A stretch of 60,953 nucleotides of DNA, taken from positions 1 to 60,953 of the forward strand of contig DASPTT010000080.1 of the NCBI GenBank assembly GCA_035623275.1, written 5' to 3'. The translations under genes and the position numbers were made by a program. The notes beneath the pieces were generated by a model that was not told the DNA's origin, searched no databases, and worked only from the letters and a program-made list of their open reading frames with translations. Positions within the stretch are counted from its first letter, which is position 1; the number at the start of each line of letters is the position of its first letter. This document shows, one piece after another, positions 1 through 9,232 of the stretch. Origin of the DNA: Acidimicrobiales bacterium (GTDB taxonomy: Bacteria > Actinomycetota > Acidimicrobiia > Acidimicrobiales > UBA8190).

Positions 1-27
1 ACCGCTGATCGGGGTTAGCCTCCCGCC

Positions 28-588
28 GTGGCCCTGCGCGGCGAGGAGTACGACGCCCGGTTCGAGCGCTTGGCGGCCGAGGGGCACTACCTCCACGGGG
101 AGGCGGACCTCGTCGGCCGGCTCCTCGCCGGGATCCCCGAGGCCGCCGGGCGGGCCGTCCTCGACGCCGGGTGCGGGACTGGCCGGGTGGCCCTGGAGCT
201 CGCCCGCCGCGGATGTGCCGTCGTCGGCACCGACGTCGACCCCGTGATGCTGGCCGCCGCCCGGGCCAAGGCCCCGGGGCTTCCGTGGGTCCTGGCCGAT
301 CTCGCCGTCATGCGATGGCCGCGGCGGTTCGCGCTGGTCGTGGCCGCCGGCAACGTCATGGTGTTCCTCCGACCCGGGACGATCGGCGCGGTGGTGTCGA
401 ACCTCGCCGAGGCCATCGTCCCCACAGGGCTCCTCGTCGCCGGGTTCCAGGTGGACAGGCGCCTGCCCCTGGCCGACTACGACGCCGCCTGCGCCGCAGC
501 AGGGCTGGCGCTGGTGGACCGGTGGGCGACCTGGGACGGTGAGGAGTACGGCGGCGGTGACTACGCCGTGAGCGTGCACGGACGATGA
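28..588 (+). CDS. class I SAM-dependent methyltransferase
   Basis: 186 aa; glycine-rich SAM-binding motif VLDAGCGTGRVALELARRG followed by acidic residue (VGTDVD); first start GTG after in-frame TAG at 16-18. Confidence 0.8.
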   Translation: MALRGEEYDARFERLAAEGHYLHGEADLVGRLLAGIPEAAGRAVLDAGCGTGRVALELARRGCAVVGTDVDPVMLAAARAKAPGLPWVLADLAVMRWPRRFALVVAAGNVMVFLRPGTIGAVVSNLAEAIVPTGLLVAGFQVDRRLPLADYDAACAAAGLALVDRWATWDGEEYGGGDYAVSVHGR

Positions 589-1088
589 CCCATCCTCTCG
601 ACGTCCCCGCCCTGCACCCGGCCATCGCGCCCCTGGGCTTCCTGGTGGGGACGTGGGTCGGGGAGGGCGAGGGCGAGTACCCGACCATCGAGCCCTTCGC
701 GTACACCGAGCAGATCACCGTGTCCCATGTCGGCAAGCCGTTCCTGGCCTATGCCCAGCGGACGTGGAGCGCCGACGACGGCCGGCCCCTCCACGCCGAG
801 ACCGGGTACTGGCGCGCCGCCCCGGGCGGCGCGGTCGAGCTCGTCGTCGCCCATCCCACCGGCCACGCCGAGCTCGCCGAGGGGACGCTGGCCGGGCACG
901 TCGTCAGCGTCCGCACGCTGGGCGTGCAGCGGACGACGAGCGCCAAGGAGGTGACGGCCATCGCCCGGCGGCTCACGGTCGAGGGGGACCACCTGCACTA
1001 CGAGCTCGACATGGCCGCCGTCGGCCAACCGCTCGTGCGCCACCTGCGGGGGACCTTGCTCCGGGTCAGCGCCGAGCAGCGGGCCTGA
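585..1088 (+). CDS. nitrobindin/THAP4-like heme-binding beta-barrel protein (FABP-like, DUF1794 family)
   Basis: 167 aa; N-terminal [19 protein letters not shown] typical of nitrobindin family; ATGA overlap with upstream methyltransferase stop. Confidence 0.7.
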   Translation: MTHPLDVPALHPAIAPLGFLVGTWVGEGEGEYPTIEPFAYTEQITVSHVGKPFLAYAQRTWSADDGRPLHAETGYWRAAPGGAVELVVAHPTGHAELAEGTLAGHVVSVRTLGVQRTTSAKEVTAIARRLTVEGDHLHYELDMAAVGQPLVRHLRGTLLRVSAEQRA

Positions 1089-1167
1089 CCGGCATGCCTG
1101 GGGCGGGCCCACCCCGTATTGGCCCATCGGGCAGAATGCGTCGTCCGACCGAACCGGGAGGGGTGGC

Positions 1168-1665
1168 ATGACCGTAGGGATCGTGATGGGGAGCGCGTCC
1201 GACGCCCGGATCATGGAGGGTGCGGTCGACGCGCTGCGCGAGCTCGGGGTCGGTGTCGAGGTGCGCGTGCTCTCGGCGCACCGGACTCCCGACGAGACCA
1301 TCGACTACGCACGCAAGGCGGCGGGCCGGGGCGTGCGTGTCCTCATCGCCGGCGCCGGCGGCGCGGCCCATCTCGCCGGGGTCATCGCTGCGGCCACTCC
1401 CCTGCCGGTGATCGGCGTGCCCATCGCACTCGCCAATCTCGGCGGGCTCGACTCGTTGCTGGCCATGGTCCAGATGCCCAAGGGCGTCCCCGTGGCCACC
1501 GTGGCGGTCAACGGCGCGCGCAACGCCGGCCTCCTGGCCGCCCGGATCCTGGCGCTGTCCGACGACCGGCTGGCGGCCGCGCTCGACCGCCAGCGCGAGG
1601 ACATGGCCGCCCAGGTGCGAGCGGCAGACGCCGAGGTCCGTACCCGGTTCGAGACCGAGGGGTAG
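1168..1665 (+). CDS. purE: N5-carboxyaminoimidazole ribonucleotide mutase
   Basis: 165 aa; [10 protein letters not shown]...[18 protein letters not shown]...PVIGVP motifs; GGGAGGGG RBS upstream. Confidence 0.9.
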   Translation: MTVGIVMGSASDARIMEGAVDALRELGVGVEVRVLSAHRTPDETIDYARKAAGRGVRVLIAGAGGAAHLAGVIAAATPLPVIGVPIALANLGGLDSLLAMVQMPKGVPVATVAVNGARNAGLLAARILALSDDRLAAALDRQREDMAAQVRAADAEVRTRFETEG

Positions 1666-1668
1666 CGG

Positions 1669-2604
1669 CTACCCGGGCGACGGCCGATCGCCCGAGGGCT
1701 CGCCCGGGGCGACCTCCGGCGGCCCGGGGCTGCCGCTCGACACCGCGGGGGGGTCCCCGCCGTTGCCCGAGGTGACCGCGGGCGAGGGCCCGCCGGGGGC
1801 GACGGCGAAGGGCGCCAGGTCTGCGAGCGTGCCGGGGCCGCCCGCCTTCATGAACCCGGCCAGGATCTCTATCGGGATCGGGAAGACGAGGGTCGAGTTG
1901 TGCTCCGTCGCCACCTCGGCCAGCGTCTGCAGGGCGCGCAGCTGCATGGCGCCCGGCGACTCGTAGAGCTTGGCGGCGGCCTCCGAGAGCTCGGCGCTCG
2001 CCTCGAGCTCGCCGGTGGCGGCGATCACCTTGGCCCGGCGCTCGCGTTCGGCCTCGGCCTGCTTCGCCATGGCCCGAAGCAGCTCGGGCGGGAGCACGAT
2101 GTCGCGGAGCTCGACCTGGCGCACCTCGACGCCCCAGTGGTGCGTGGACGCCGCGATCACCGTCCGCAATTCGTTGTTGACGTCGTCCCGGTGGGCCAGC
2201 AGGTTGTCGAGATCGTGGCGGCCGATGATCGAGCGCAGGCTCGTCGTCGCCATCCGCTGGCTGGCGAAGCGGAAGTTGTCGACCCCGAGGATCGCCTGAA
2301 CCGGGTCTGTGACCTGGAAGTAGACGACGGCGTCCACCTGCAGGGTGACGTTGTCGTGGGTGATCACCGCCTGGGGCGGGATGTCGACCACCTCGACGCG
2401 CAGGGTGACCTTGACCACGCGGTCGATGAACGGCACCCGGGCGATGAGCCCCGGGCCCTTCGCATCGGGGCGGACGTGCCCGAGGCGGAAGAAGACGGCC
2501 CGTTCGTACTCCGTCACCACCCGGAACGACGCCGCCGCGACGATGGCGGCGACGACCGCCACGGCCACGACGGCGCCGATGACGGCCCCGATCACGGGCA
2601 CCAC
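1669..2604 (-). CDS. SPFH/band-7 (stomatin/prohibitin-like) membrane protein with Pro/Gly/Ser-rich C-terminal tail
   Basis: N-terminal TM (VIGAVIGAVVAVAVVAAIVAAA) then SPFH core (RVVTEYERAVFFRLG...THDNVTLQVDAVVYFQV...) and coiled-coil AEAERERRAKVIAA; long ORF trimmed to GTG at 2604 (upstream part is Arg/Pro junk). Confidence 0.8.
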   Translation of the reverse strand: MVPVIGAVIGAVVAVAVVAAIVAAASFRVVTEYERAVFFRLGHVRPDAKGPGLIARVPFIDRVVKVTLRVEVVDIPPQAVITHDNVTLQVDAVVYFQVTDPVQAILGVDNFRFASQRMATTSLRSIIGRHDLDNLLAHRDDVNNELRTVIAASTHHWGVEVRQVELRDIVLPPELLRAMAKQAEAERERRAKVIAATGELEASAELSEAAAKLYESPGAMQLRALQTLAEVATEHNSTLVFPIPIEILAGFMKAGGPGTLADLAPFAVAPGGPSPAVTSGNGGDPPAVSSGSPGPPEVAPGEPSGDRPSPG

Positions 2605-2738
2605 CCCGAAGGGCCACCACGGCCGAACGCTCGGACCCCGCGCATGGGTGCAGTCTCGCGCTGCGGGCCGGGCGGTGCCGAGCGGCGGGCCGGGCGGTGC
2701 CGAGCGGCGGGCCGGCTGCTTCGGCCTAGGGTCGCCAC

Positions 2739-3635
2739 GTGCGCGTGGTGCTGAGCGGCAGCGGGGGCCTGATCGGCGGGGCGCTCGCCCCGGCCCTCTC
2801 CGGCGCCGGCCACGAGGTCGTGCGGCTCGTCCGTAGCGAGGCCCGCCCCGGTGCGGCGCGCTGGGACCCGGCGGCCGGGGTCCTCGACGAGCGGGACCTG
2901 CATGGCGCGGACGCGGTCGTGCACCTGGCCGGGGCGGGGATCGGGGATCGCCGGTGGACCGCGGCCCGCAGGACCGAGATCCTCGACAGCCGCGTCCGGG
3001 GCACCGAGCTCCTGGCGCGCACCGTGGCCGGCATGCGCCGTCCCCCGGCCGTGCTGGTGAGCGCCTCGGCCGTCGGCTGGTACGGCGACCGGGGCGACGA
3101 GGTGCTGACCGAGGACTCCTCCGGCGGCACCGGCTTCCTGGCATCGCTCTGTCGCGCCTGGGAGGGTGCGACGGCCCCGGCCGAGGAGGCCGGGGTCCGT
3201 GTGGTGCACCTTCGCTCGGGCGTCGTCCTGGCTCGCCACGGCGGCGCGCTGGCGAGGCAGCTGCCCTTGTTCCGCGCCGGGCTCGGCGGTCGGCTCGGTA
3301 GCGGGCGACAGTGGCTCAGCTGGATCACGCTGGAGGACGAGGTGGCCGTCGTCGTGCGGGTGCTCGGCGACGCCACGCTCGTGGGCCCGGTCAATGCCTG
3401 CAGTCCCAGCCCCGTGACCAACGCGCAGTTCACACGCACCCTGGCCCGGGTGCTGCACCGCCCCGCGATCGCCCGGGTCCCCCGCATCGCCCTGCGGGCC
3501 GTCCTCGGCGGGGAGCTGGCCGACGAGCTCGTGCTGGCCAGCCAGCGCGCCGTGCCCGCACGGCTCCTGGCCGCCGGCTTCTCGTTCGGTCTGGACGCGC
3601 TCGAGGGCGCGCTGGCGTCGGTCCTCGCCCCCTGA
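2739..3635 (+). CDS. TIGR01777/YfcH-family NAD-dependent epimerase/dehydratase (DUF1731 C-terminus)
   Basis: 298 aa; N-terminal Rossmann MRVVLSGSGGLIGGAL; GTG start. Confidence 0.8.
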   Translation: MRVVLSGSGGLIGGALAPALSGAGHEVVRLVRSEARPGAARWDPAAGVLDERDLHGADAVVHLAGAGIGDRRWTAARRTEILDSRVRGTELLARTVAGMRRPPAVLVSASAVGWYGDRGDEVLTEDSSGGTGFLASLCRAWEGATAPAEEAGVRVVHLRSGVVLARHGGALARQLPLFRAGLGGRLGSGRQWLSWITLEDEVAVVVRVLGDATLVGPVNACSPSPVTNAQFTRTLARVLHRPAIARVPRIALRAVLGGELADELVLASQRAVPARLLAAGFSFGLDALEGALASVLAP

Positions 3636-3642
3636 GCGCCCC

Positions 3643-4596
3643 TCAGGGTCGCGGCGCGAGGTTCTGGACGGCGGTGGCGAGGTCGTCGCCGCCGGGCAGC
3701 ACGGCGAGCACGGGGATCGTCACCCCGTTGTCGACGTAGCGGCGGATGTGGGCGCGGCACTCGGCCGGCGGACCGTGGATCACCAGGGCGTCCACGACCT
3801 CGTCGGGTATGGCCGCCAGCGCGGCCCTGCGATCGCCGGCGCGCCAGGCCGACCACATCCCTTCGAGCAGCGGTCCGCGCCCGAGCCATCGGTGGAAGTC
3901 GGCGTAGACGGCGACGTTCAGATAGGCGGCGACGGCCACCCGGCCCACGAGACGGGCGCGCTCGGCGTCCTCCGTCGGGCACACGAAGATGCGCGCCACG
4001 ATCTCCTTGCCGGGGCCGACCTCCGGTGCCACCTGCGTGACGTCGTCGGCGGAGAGCCAATTGATGACGGCGCCGTCGGCCTCCCGCCCGGCCAGCCGCA
4101 GCATGCCGGGGCGCAGGGCGCCGACGAGGATCGGTGGCGGCTGCTCCACCTTGCGACCGAGACGGAACCCGTGCACCGAGAACGTCTCGTACTCGACGTC
4201 GACCTTCCCGCCCTGGAGCGCCTCGCGCAGGAACCGCACCGTGTCCCGCACCCGCCGGTAGGGCTCCTCGAAGGCCATGGCGTTCCACCGCTCGACGATC
4301 ACGTCCGAGGACGAGCCCACGCCGAGGGTGAAGCGCCCGGGCGCCAGCTCGGCCATGGTGGCCGCCTGCATGGCCAGGAGGCCGGGGCCTCGGGTGTACA
4401 CGGGGACCACCGAGGTGCCGACGTGCAGCGAGGGCACCCAGGCGGCCGCCAGCGCCAAAGGGGTGAACCCGTCCGCCCCGTTGGCCTCCCCCGTCCAGAC
4501 GTCGGTGTAGCCGAGTGCCGCCAGCCGCTCGTACCAGGCGCGATGCTCGCCCAGCGGTACGTCGTCGAAGGGAACGGTGATGCCGTATCGATCCAC
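3643..4596 (-). CDS. LLM-class (luciferase-like) F420-dependent oxidoreductase
   Basis: TIM-barrel LLM signature ITVPFDD...GYTDVWTGE...LGVGSSS...; start set to GTG (VDRYGITVPF); upstream ORF portion is low-complexity. Confidence 0.75.
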   Translation of the reverse strand: MDRYGITVPFDDVPLGEHRAWYERLAALGYTDVWTGEANGADGFTPLALAAAWVPSLHVGTSVVPVYTRGPGLLAMQAATMAELAPGRFTLGVGSSSDVIVERWNAMAFEEPYRRVRDTVRFLREALQGGKVDVEYETFSVHGFRLGRKVEQPPPILVGALRPGMLRLAGREADGAVINWLSADDVTQVAPEVGPGKEIVARIFVCPTEDAERARLVGRVAVAAYLNVAVYADFHRWLGRGPLLEGMWSAWRAGDRRAALAAIPDEVVDALVIHGPPAECRAHIRRYVDNGVTIPVLAVLPGGDDLATAVQNLAPRP

Positions 4597-5032
4597 GGCA
4601 GCAGTGTTACACCCAGGCGCGACCCTGGTGGCATGACACACCAGCAGGAGCTGCCCTGGGCCCCCGCCGACGTGCCCGCCGCCTCCCCACGACGGGCGAG
4701 CCGCTCGGCCCGAGCCCGCGTGAGCACGGAGACGGTCGGTGCCCACCAGGTCGGGCACGGAACCGGCCGGCGGCAGCCCGCCGCCCGGGGCACGGGGGCA
4801 CAGGCGGCGTCGGGCCAGGGCCGGCGGGTACCGGGCCCGCCTCGGCGCGCGGCGCCCTACGACGACGACTGGCGCCTCGACGAGCGCACGCGCCGTGTGG
4901 GCCGCCGGGGCCTGGCGGCCGCCCGGGCCGCACTGGCCCGCACCGGCGTCCGCGCCGACCACGCCGCCTGACCGCACCCCCCGAGCCGGCACGGCGCGCC
5001 GCGGCAGAGGAGCGGGCGCTACCGTCGAGACC

Positions 5033-5875
5033 ATGGATCCGCTCGGCGTCCGTCTCGGCTACCCCGATGACGCCACCCTGCTCATCGTCCACTGCGACGA
5101 CCTCGGCTTCTGCCATGCCGCGAACGTCGGGGTGTTCGACGCGCTGCGCACCGGCCTGGCCACCAGCGCCAGCCTCATGGTGCCCTGCCCCTGGGCACGG
5201 GGGGCGGCCGCCGCCTACCGCGGTGAGGACGTGGGGGTGCATCTGACCCTCAATGCCGAGTTCGACCTGTACCGGTGGGGACCGATCACCCACGCACCGT
5301 CGCTGCTCGACGGTGACGGCGGATTCCCACGCACCGCCGCCGACGTGTGGGACCACGCCGACGTCGACGAGGTGCGCCGCGAATGCCGCGCCCAGATCGA
5401 ACGGGCGATCCTCTGGGGCTTCGACGTGAGCCACCTCGACGCGCACCTCGGGACCCTCGAGGCGCGCCCCGAGTTCTTCGACGTCTATCTCGAGCTCGCC
5501 GTGGAGTTCCGTCTGCCCATGGCCCTGTCCGCCCCGGGCACCGAGGAGAACCTGGGGTTCCCCTTCCGGGAGCTGGCCGCAGAGGAGGGCGTCGCCTTCC
5601 CCGACGACGTCATCCACCTCCCAGGAGCCTGGGCGCGCAAGACCCTGTTCGACGCGCTCGGGCACCTCTCCCCGGGGGTGACGGTGGTCTCGCTGCACCC
5701 CGCGGTGGCCAGCGCCGAGCTCGAGGCGATGGCCCCCGACTGGGCCGAGCGCGTGGACGACCACCGCCTGCTCGTCCCCGACGGCGAGCTGCACGAGGCC
5801 CTGGCGGACGCCGGCGTCACGCTGATCGGCTACCGCCCGCTGCGCGACCTCATGCGCGGGGTCCGGCCCTCCTGA
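5033..5875 (+). CDS. YdjC/ChbG-family carbohydrate deacetylase
   Basis: 280 aa; LLIVHCDDLGFCHAANVGV...HLDAH motifs of YdjC family; ATG at 5033 in frame with longer ORF 4739. Confidence 0.7.
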   Translation: MDPLGVRLGYPDDATLLIVHCDDLGFCHAANVGVFDALRTGLATSASLMVPCPWARGAAAAYRGEDVGVHLTLNAEFDLYRWGPITHAPSLLDGDGGFPRTAADVWDHADVDEVRRECRAQIERAILWGFDVSHLDAHLGTLEARPEFFDVYLELAVEFRLPMALSAPGTEENLGFPFRELAAEEGVAFPDDVIHLPGAWARKTLFDALGHLSPGVTVVSLHPAVASAELEAMAPDWAERVDDHRLLVPDGELHEALADAGVTLIGYRPLRDLMRGVRPS

Positions 5876-5935
5876 CGCACCAGGGCCCGGCCCGAACGGG
5901 TCCGGGCCCCGTTCCCAATCCGACGAACACGGGGA

Positions 5936-6322
5936 TCAGTAGTCGGTGATGTCGGAGATCTCGCTCTGGAGCTGCTTGTACTCGGGCGAGTTGGTGATGG
6001 GGAGCAGGGACATCACCTTGGCCATGTTGCCGGTCACCTTGACCTTGCCCTGCATGAACGCGGCGTTGGCGTCGAGGTCGCCCTTCTGGATGCTCATGGC
6101 GTCGGCGAAGGCGGTGGTCAGGGTGACCTCGGCGTCGTCGAGGTGGCCGAGCCTGCTGTCGACGAGCTTGCCGTTCTCGAGGATCCAGAAGTACTCGATG
6201 TCACCGTCGGGGGCGCCGGTCACGACGTACTGCATGCGGGCCGAGGCGCCCGGACGCTCGGGCTGGTCTTCGGCCATCTTCCTCGTCTCGTCGAGCCAGT
6301 CCTGGCTCAGCCACTTCGACAT
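5936..6322 (-). CDS. SCP2 sterol-binding domain protein
   Basis: 128 aa; ...AFADAMSIQKGDLDANAAFMQGKVKVTGNMAKVMSL typical SCP-2 C-terminal motif. Confidence 0.8.
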   Translation of the reverse strand: MSKWLSQDWLDETRKMAEDQPERPGASARMQYVVTGAPDGDIEYFWILENGKLVDSRLGHLDDAEVTLTTAFADAMSIQKGDLDANAAFMQGKVKVTGNMAKVMSLLPITNSPEYKQLQSEISDITDY

Positions 6323-6399
6323 GTGGTTCCTCCCTGGTCGAGTCGGGTCACGTCGGCACCCGGCCGGCGACGACGGGCGGTCGCCGCAACGCGGGCATG

Positions 6400-7284
6400 T
6401 TATCGAGCGGCCAGGTCCCCTACACCGGCGAAGAGGTCCGTCTCCGGCCTGTCCGGAGTGGGCAGCGCGCCGACCGTGGAGCGGGCGAGCTCGTACTCGT
6501 CGACGGGATGGATGGTCCGGGCCACCTCCGGCGGGAGACCGAACCAGAAGGGCGAGGCGGGATCGACTTGTGTCGCGTGGGCGAGCAGGGCGAGTCGGCG
6601 GACGTCCGTGTAGGCGGCCACGTCGATCACCGTCGAATACGTCGCCGCGTTCGCCTGGGCGCGCTCGAGCCACGCCGCGTCGAACGGCGAGTCGAGGCCG
6701 AGCTGGCCGAATTTCTCGTGCATGGCCAGGACCCGGGCGCCCGACCAGCCCGAGTAGTAGAGCTTGGCCGGCTGCCACGGCTCGCCGGTCCCGGGGAACG
6801 CGCCCGGGTCCCCGGCGGCCTCGAAGGCCGCCACGGAGACCTCGTGGACCCGGAGGTGGTCGGGGTGCGGGTACGACTCCTGGTTCTCGTGGTACGTGAC
6901 CACCACCTGGGGCCGCTCGCGGCGCAGGACGGCCACGAGCCGCTGGACCGCTTCCTCCAGGGGCGCCCGCGCGAAGCATTCCGGGTGGACGTTCGCGGGC
7001 GAGTCGGCCATGCCCGAGTCCCGGTACCCCAGATGGACGACCTCGTCGTACCCGATGACCGCCGCCGCCGCGGCCAGCTCCCGCCGGCGCACGGCGGCGA
7101 TGTCCGCCCGGACCTCGGGCATGTCGACGGCAGGGTTGAGGATGTCGCCCTCCTCGCCGCCGGTGCAGCACACGAGCACCGTCCGCACTCCCTGGTGGTG
7201 GTACTTGGCCACCGTTGCCGGGCCCTTCGAGGCCTCGTCGTCGGGGTGCGCGTGGACGGTCAACAGGCACAGGCGCTCGGACAT
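6400..7284 (-). CDS. mca: LmbE/PIG-L family deacetylase, mycothiol S-conjugate amidase (Mca)/MshB-like
   Basis: 294 aa from internal ATG; LLTVHAHPDDE zinc-binding motif, HPDH motif; resembles Mca N-terminus. Confidence 0.75.
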   Translation of the reverse strand: MSERLCLLTVHAHPDDEASKGPATVAKYHHQGVRTVLVCCTGGEEGDILNPAVDMPEVRADIAAVRRRELAAAAAVIGYDEVVHLGYRDSGMADSPANVHPECFARAPLEEAVQRLVAVLRRERPQVVVTYHENQESYPHPDHLRVHEVSVAAFEAAGDPGAFPGTGEPWQPAKLYYSGWSGARVLAMHEKFGQLGLDSPFDAAWLERAQANAATYSTVIDVAAYTDVRRLALLAHATQVDPASPFWFGLPPEVARTIHPVDEYELARSTVGALPTPDRPETDLFAGVGDLAAR

Positions 7285-7504
7285 CGGCCCCAACGTACCG
7301 TGACGCCGCCGGGGGCCAGCCAGGGCCACGGTGGATGGGTTCCCCGGCCCTCGCCCCCCGACGCCCAGGGGACCTCGGGGACCGTCGAGGACGCCGGCGA
7401 CCAGGCACGCGGCGCGCGCAGGAGCCGATGGAGAGGTCCCCTATGCTTCATAGAGGCATCCGGCAGTGCCGGAGGGTGCGACACACGAAGGGAACCACAC
7501 GCCG

Positions 7505-8284
7505 ATGGGCGCGTTCGGGCGCTTGGCGGACATCATCCGAGCCAAGATCAACAAGCTCCTCGACCGAGCCGAGGACCCGCGCGACGCCCTCGACCTGTCC
7601 TACGAGAAGCAGGTCGAGAACCTCCAGAAGCTCCGCCGGGGCGTGGCCGAGGTGGCCACGGCCCGCAAGCGGATCGAGCTGCAGGCGGCGGGTCTCCAGC
7701 AGCAGGCGACCAAGCTCCAGGACCAGGCGCGCCAGGCCCTGGGCCAAGACCGCGAGGACCTGGCCCGCGAGGCCCTGACCCGACGGGCCGCCATCGGCGA
7801 GGAGCTCGCCGAGCTCCAGACCCAGCACGAGCAGGTGGCGGCCCAGGAGCAGCGACTCGTCGAGACCTCGAAGAAGGCGCAAGCCCAGGTCGACGCGTTC
7901 CGGACGAAGAAGGAGACCCTCAAGGCCACCTATACGGCGGCCGAGGCGCAGACCCGCATCGGCGAGGCCGCGGCGGGCATCTCCGAGTCCATGGGTGACG
8001 CCGGGGCGGTCATGCAACGGGCCCAGGACAAGATCGCGGACATGCAGGCGCGCGCCGGCGCCATCGACGAGCTGCTGGCGTCGGGCGCGCTCACCGACCT
8101 GACCACCAGCACCGACGACATCCAGGCGCAGCTCGACAAGATGGCGGCGACGTCGACGGTCGAACGCGAGCTGGCTTCGCTCAAGCGCGAGCTCGCCGCC
8201 TCGTCGCCCGGCGGGCCGGCCCTGGCCCCGGCCCCCGGCGCGGCCAAGCTCCAGACCACCGACCAGGCCGAGGTGACGCCCTGA
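7505..8284 (+). CDS. pspA: PspA/IM30 family protein (phage shock protein A)
   Basis: 259 aa coiled-coil; MGAFGRLADIIRAKINKLLDRAEDP N-terminus typical of PspA/Vipp1. Confidence 0.85.
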   Translation: MGAFGRLADIIRAKINKLLDRAEDPRDALDLSYEKQVENLQKLRRGVAEVATARKRIELQAAGLQQQATKLQDQARQALGQDREDLAREALTRRAAIGEELAELQTQHEQVAAQEQRLVETSKKAQAQVDAFRTKKETLKATYTAAEAQTRIGEAAAGISESMGDAGAVMQRAQDKIADMQARAGAIDELLASGALTDLTTSTDDIQAQLDKMAATSTVERELASLKRELAASSPGGPALAPAPGAAKLQTTDQAEVTP

Positions 8285-9195
8285 TGGCGATTTCCCGACG
8301 AATCCCCCCCGACCACGGGCTCAGCGCCCGGATGTTCCTCACCGGCCTCCTGCTGGTCCTGCTGTACGCGGGCCTCATCGCCCTGCTCATCGCCATCGGC
8401 CTGCAGCTCGTGTTCGTCCTGATCATCGCCGGCGGCATGCTGTTCGTGCAGTACTGGTTCTCGGACAAGATCGCCCTCTTCGGCATGGGCGGGCACGAGG
8501 TGACACCCGAGCAGGAGCCGGAGCTGCACGCGGTCATCGACCGGCTGTGCGCGTTGGCGGACATGAAGAAGCCCCGTGTGGCCGTCGCCGAGGTCGACAT
8601 GCCCAACGCCTTCGCCACCGGGCGCAACCCCAAGAACGCGGTCGTGTGCGCGACTCGGGGCATCATGCGGCGCCTCGACGAGCCCGAGCTCGAAGCGGTG
8701 CTGGCGCACGAGCTCTCCCATGTCGCCCACCGCGACGTCGCCGTGATGACCATCGCCAGCTTCCTCGGCATGGTGGCGGGGATGATCACCCGGTTCACGC
8801 TCTACGCGGGCATGTTCGGGGGTTTCGACGACAGCAACAACCAGAACGGCGCGTTGATCGAGATCGCGGTGCTGGTCGTCTCGGCGCTGGTGTACGCCAT
8901 CAGCTTCCTGCTCACCATGGCGCTGTCGCGTTATCGCGAGCTCGCCGCGGACCGCTCGGGGGCCATCCTCATCGGCCGTCCCTCGCTCCTGGCCTCCGCC
9001 CTGGTGAAGGTGACCGGCGAGATGGCACGGATCCCCACCCGGGACCTGCGGGCGGCCGAGCACTTCAACGCCTTCTACTTCACACCGGCGCTGTCGAACG
9101 GGGCCAGCCTCTCGTCGCTGTTCTCGACGCACCCGCCGTTGCAGAAGCGCCTCGACCAGCTGGCCAAGCTCGAAGCCGAGCTCAACGCGTCGTGA
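8284..9195 (+). CDS. htpX: zinc metalloprotease HtpX (M48)
   Basis: 303 aa; two N-terminal TM helices, HELSHV zinc motif; start ATG overlaps pspA TGA by 1 nt. Confidence 0.9.
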   Translation: MAISRRIPPDHGLSARMFLTGLLLVLLYAGLIALLIAIGLQLVFVLIIAGGMLFVQYWFSDKIALFGMGGHEVTPEQEPELHAVIDRLCALADMKKPRVAVAEVDMPNAFATGRNPKNAVVCATRGIMRRLDEPELEAVLAHELSHVAHRDVAVMTIASFLGMVAGMITRFTLYAGMFGGFDDSNNQNGALIEIAVLVVSALVYAISFLLTMALSRYRELAADRSGAILIGRPSLLASALVKVTGEMARIPTRDLRAAEHFNAFYFTPALSNGASLSSLFSTHPPLQKRLDQLAKLEAELNAS

Positions 9196-9232
9196 CCCCA
9201 CCGTCGCCGGCCGACCGGCCACCGAGGGCCTG

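Noticed and set aside
1508-4288. Long Arg/Pro/Gly-rich ORFs (1508..2620 -, 2592..3458 -, 2726..4288 -, 1900..2754 +)
   Set aside because: Low-complexity translations antisense or out of frame to well-supported genes (SPFH, YfcH epimerase, LLM); typical high-GC artefacts.
4739-5032. In-frame N-terminal extension of ydjC
   Set aside because: Arg/Gly/Pro-rich, no homology expected for YdjC family; ATG at 5033 gives standard length.
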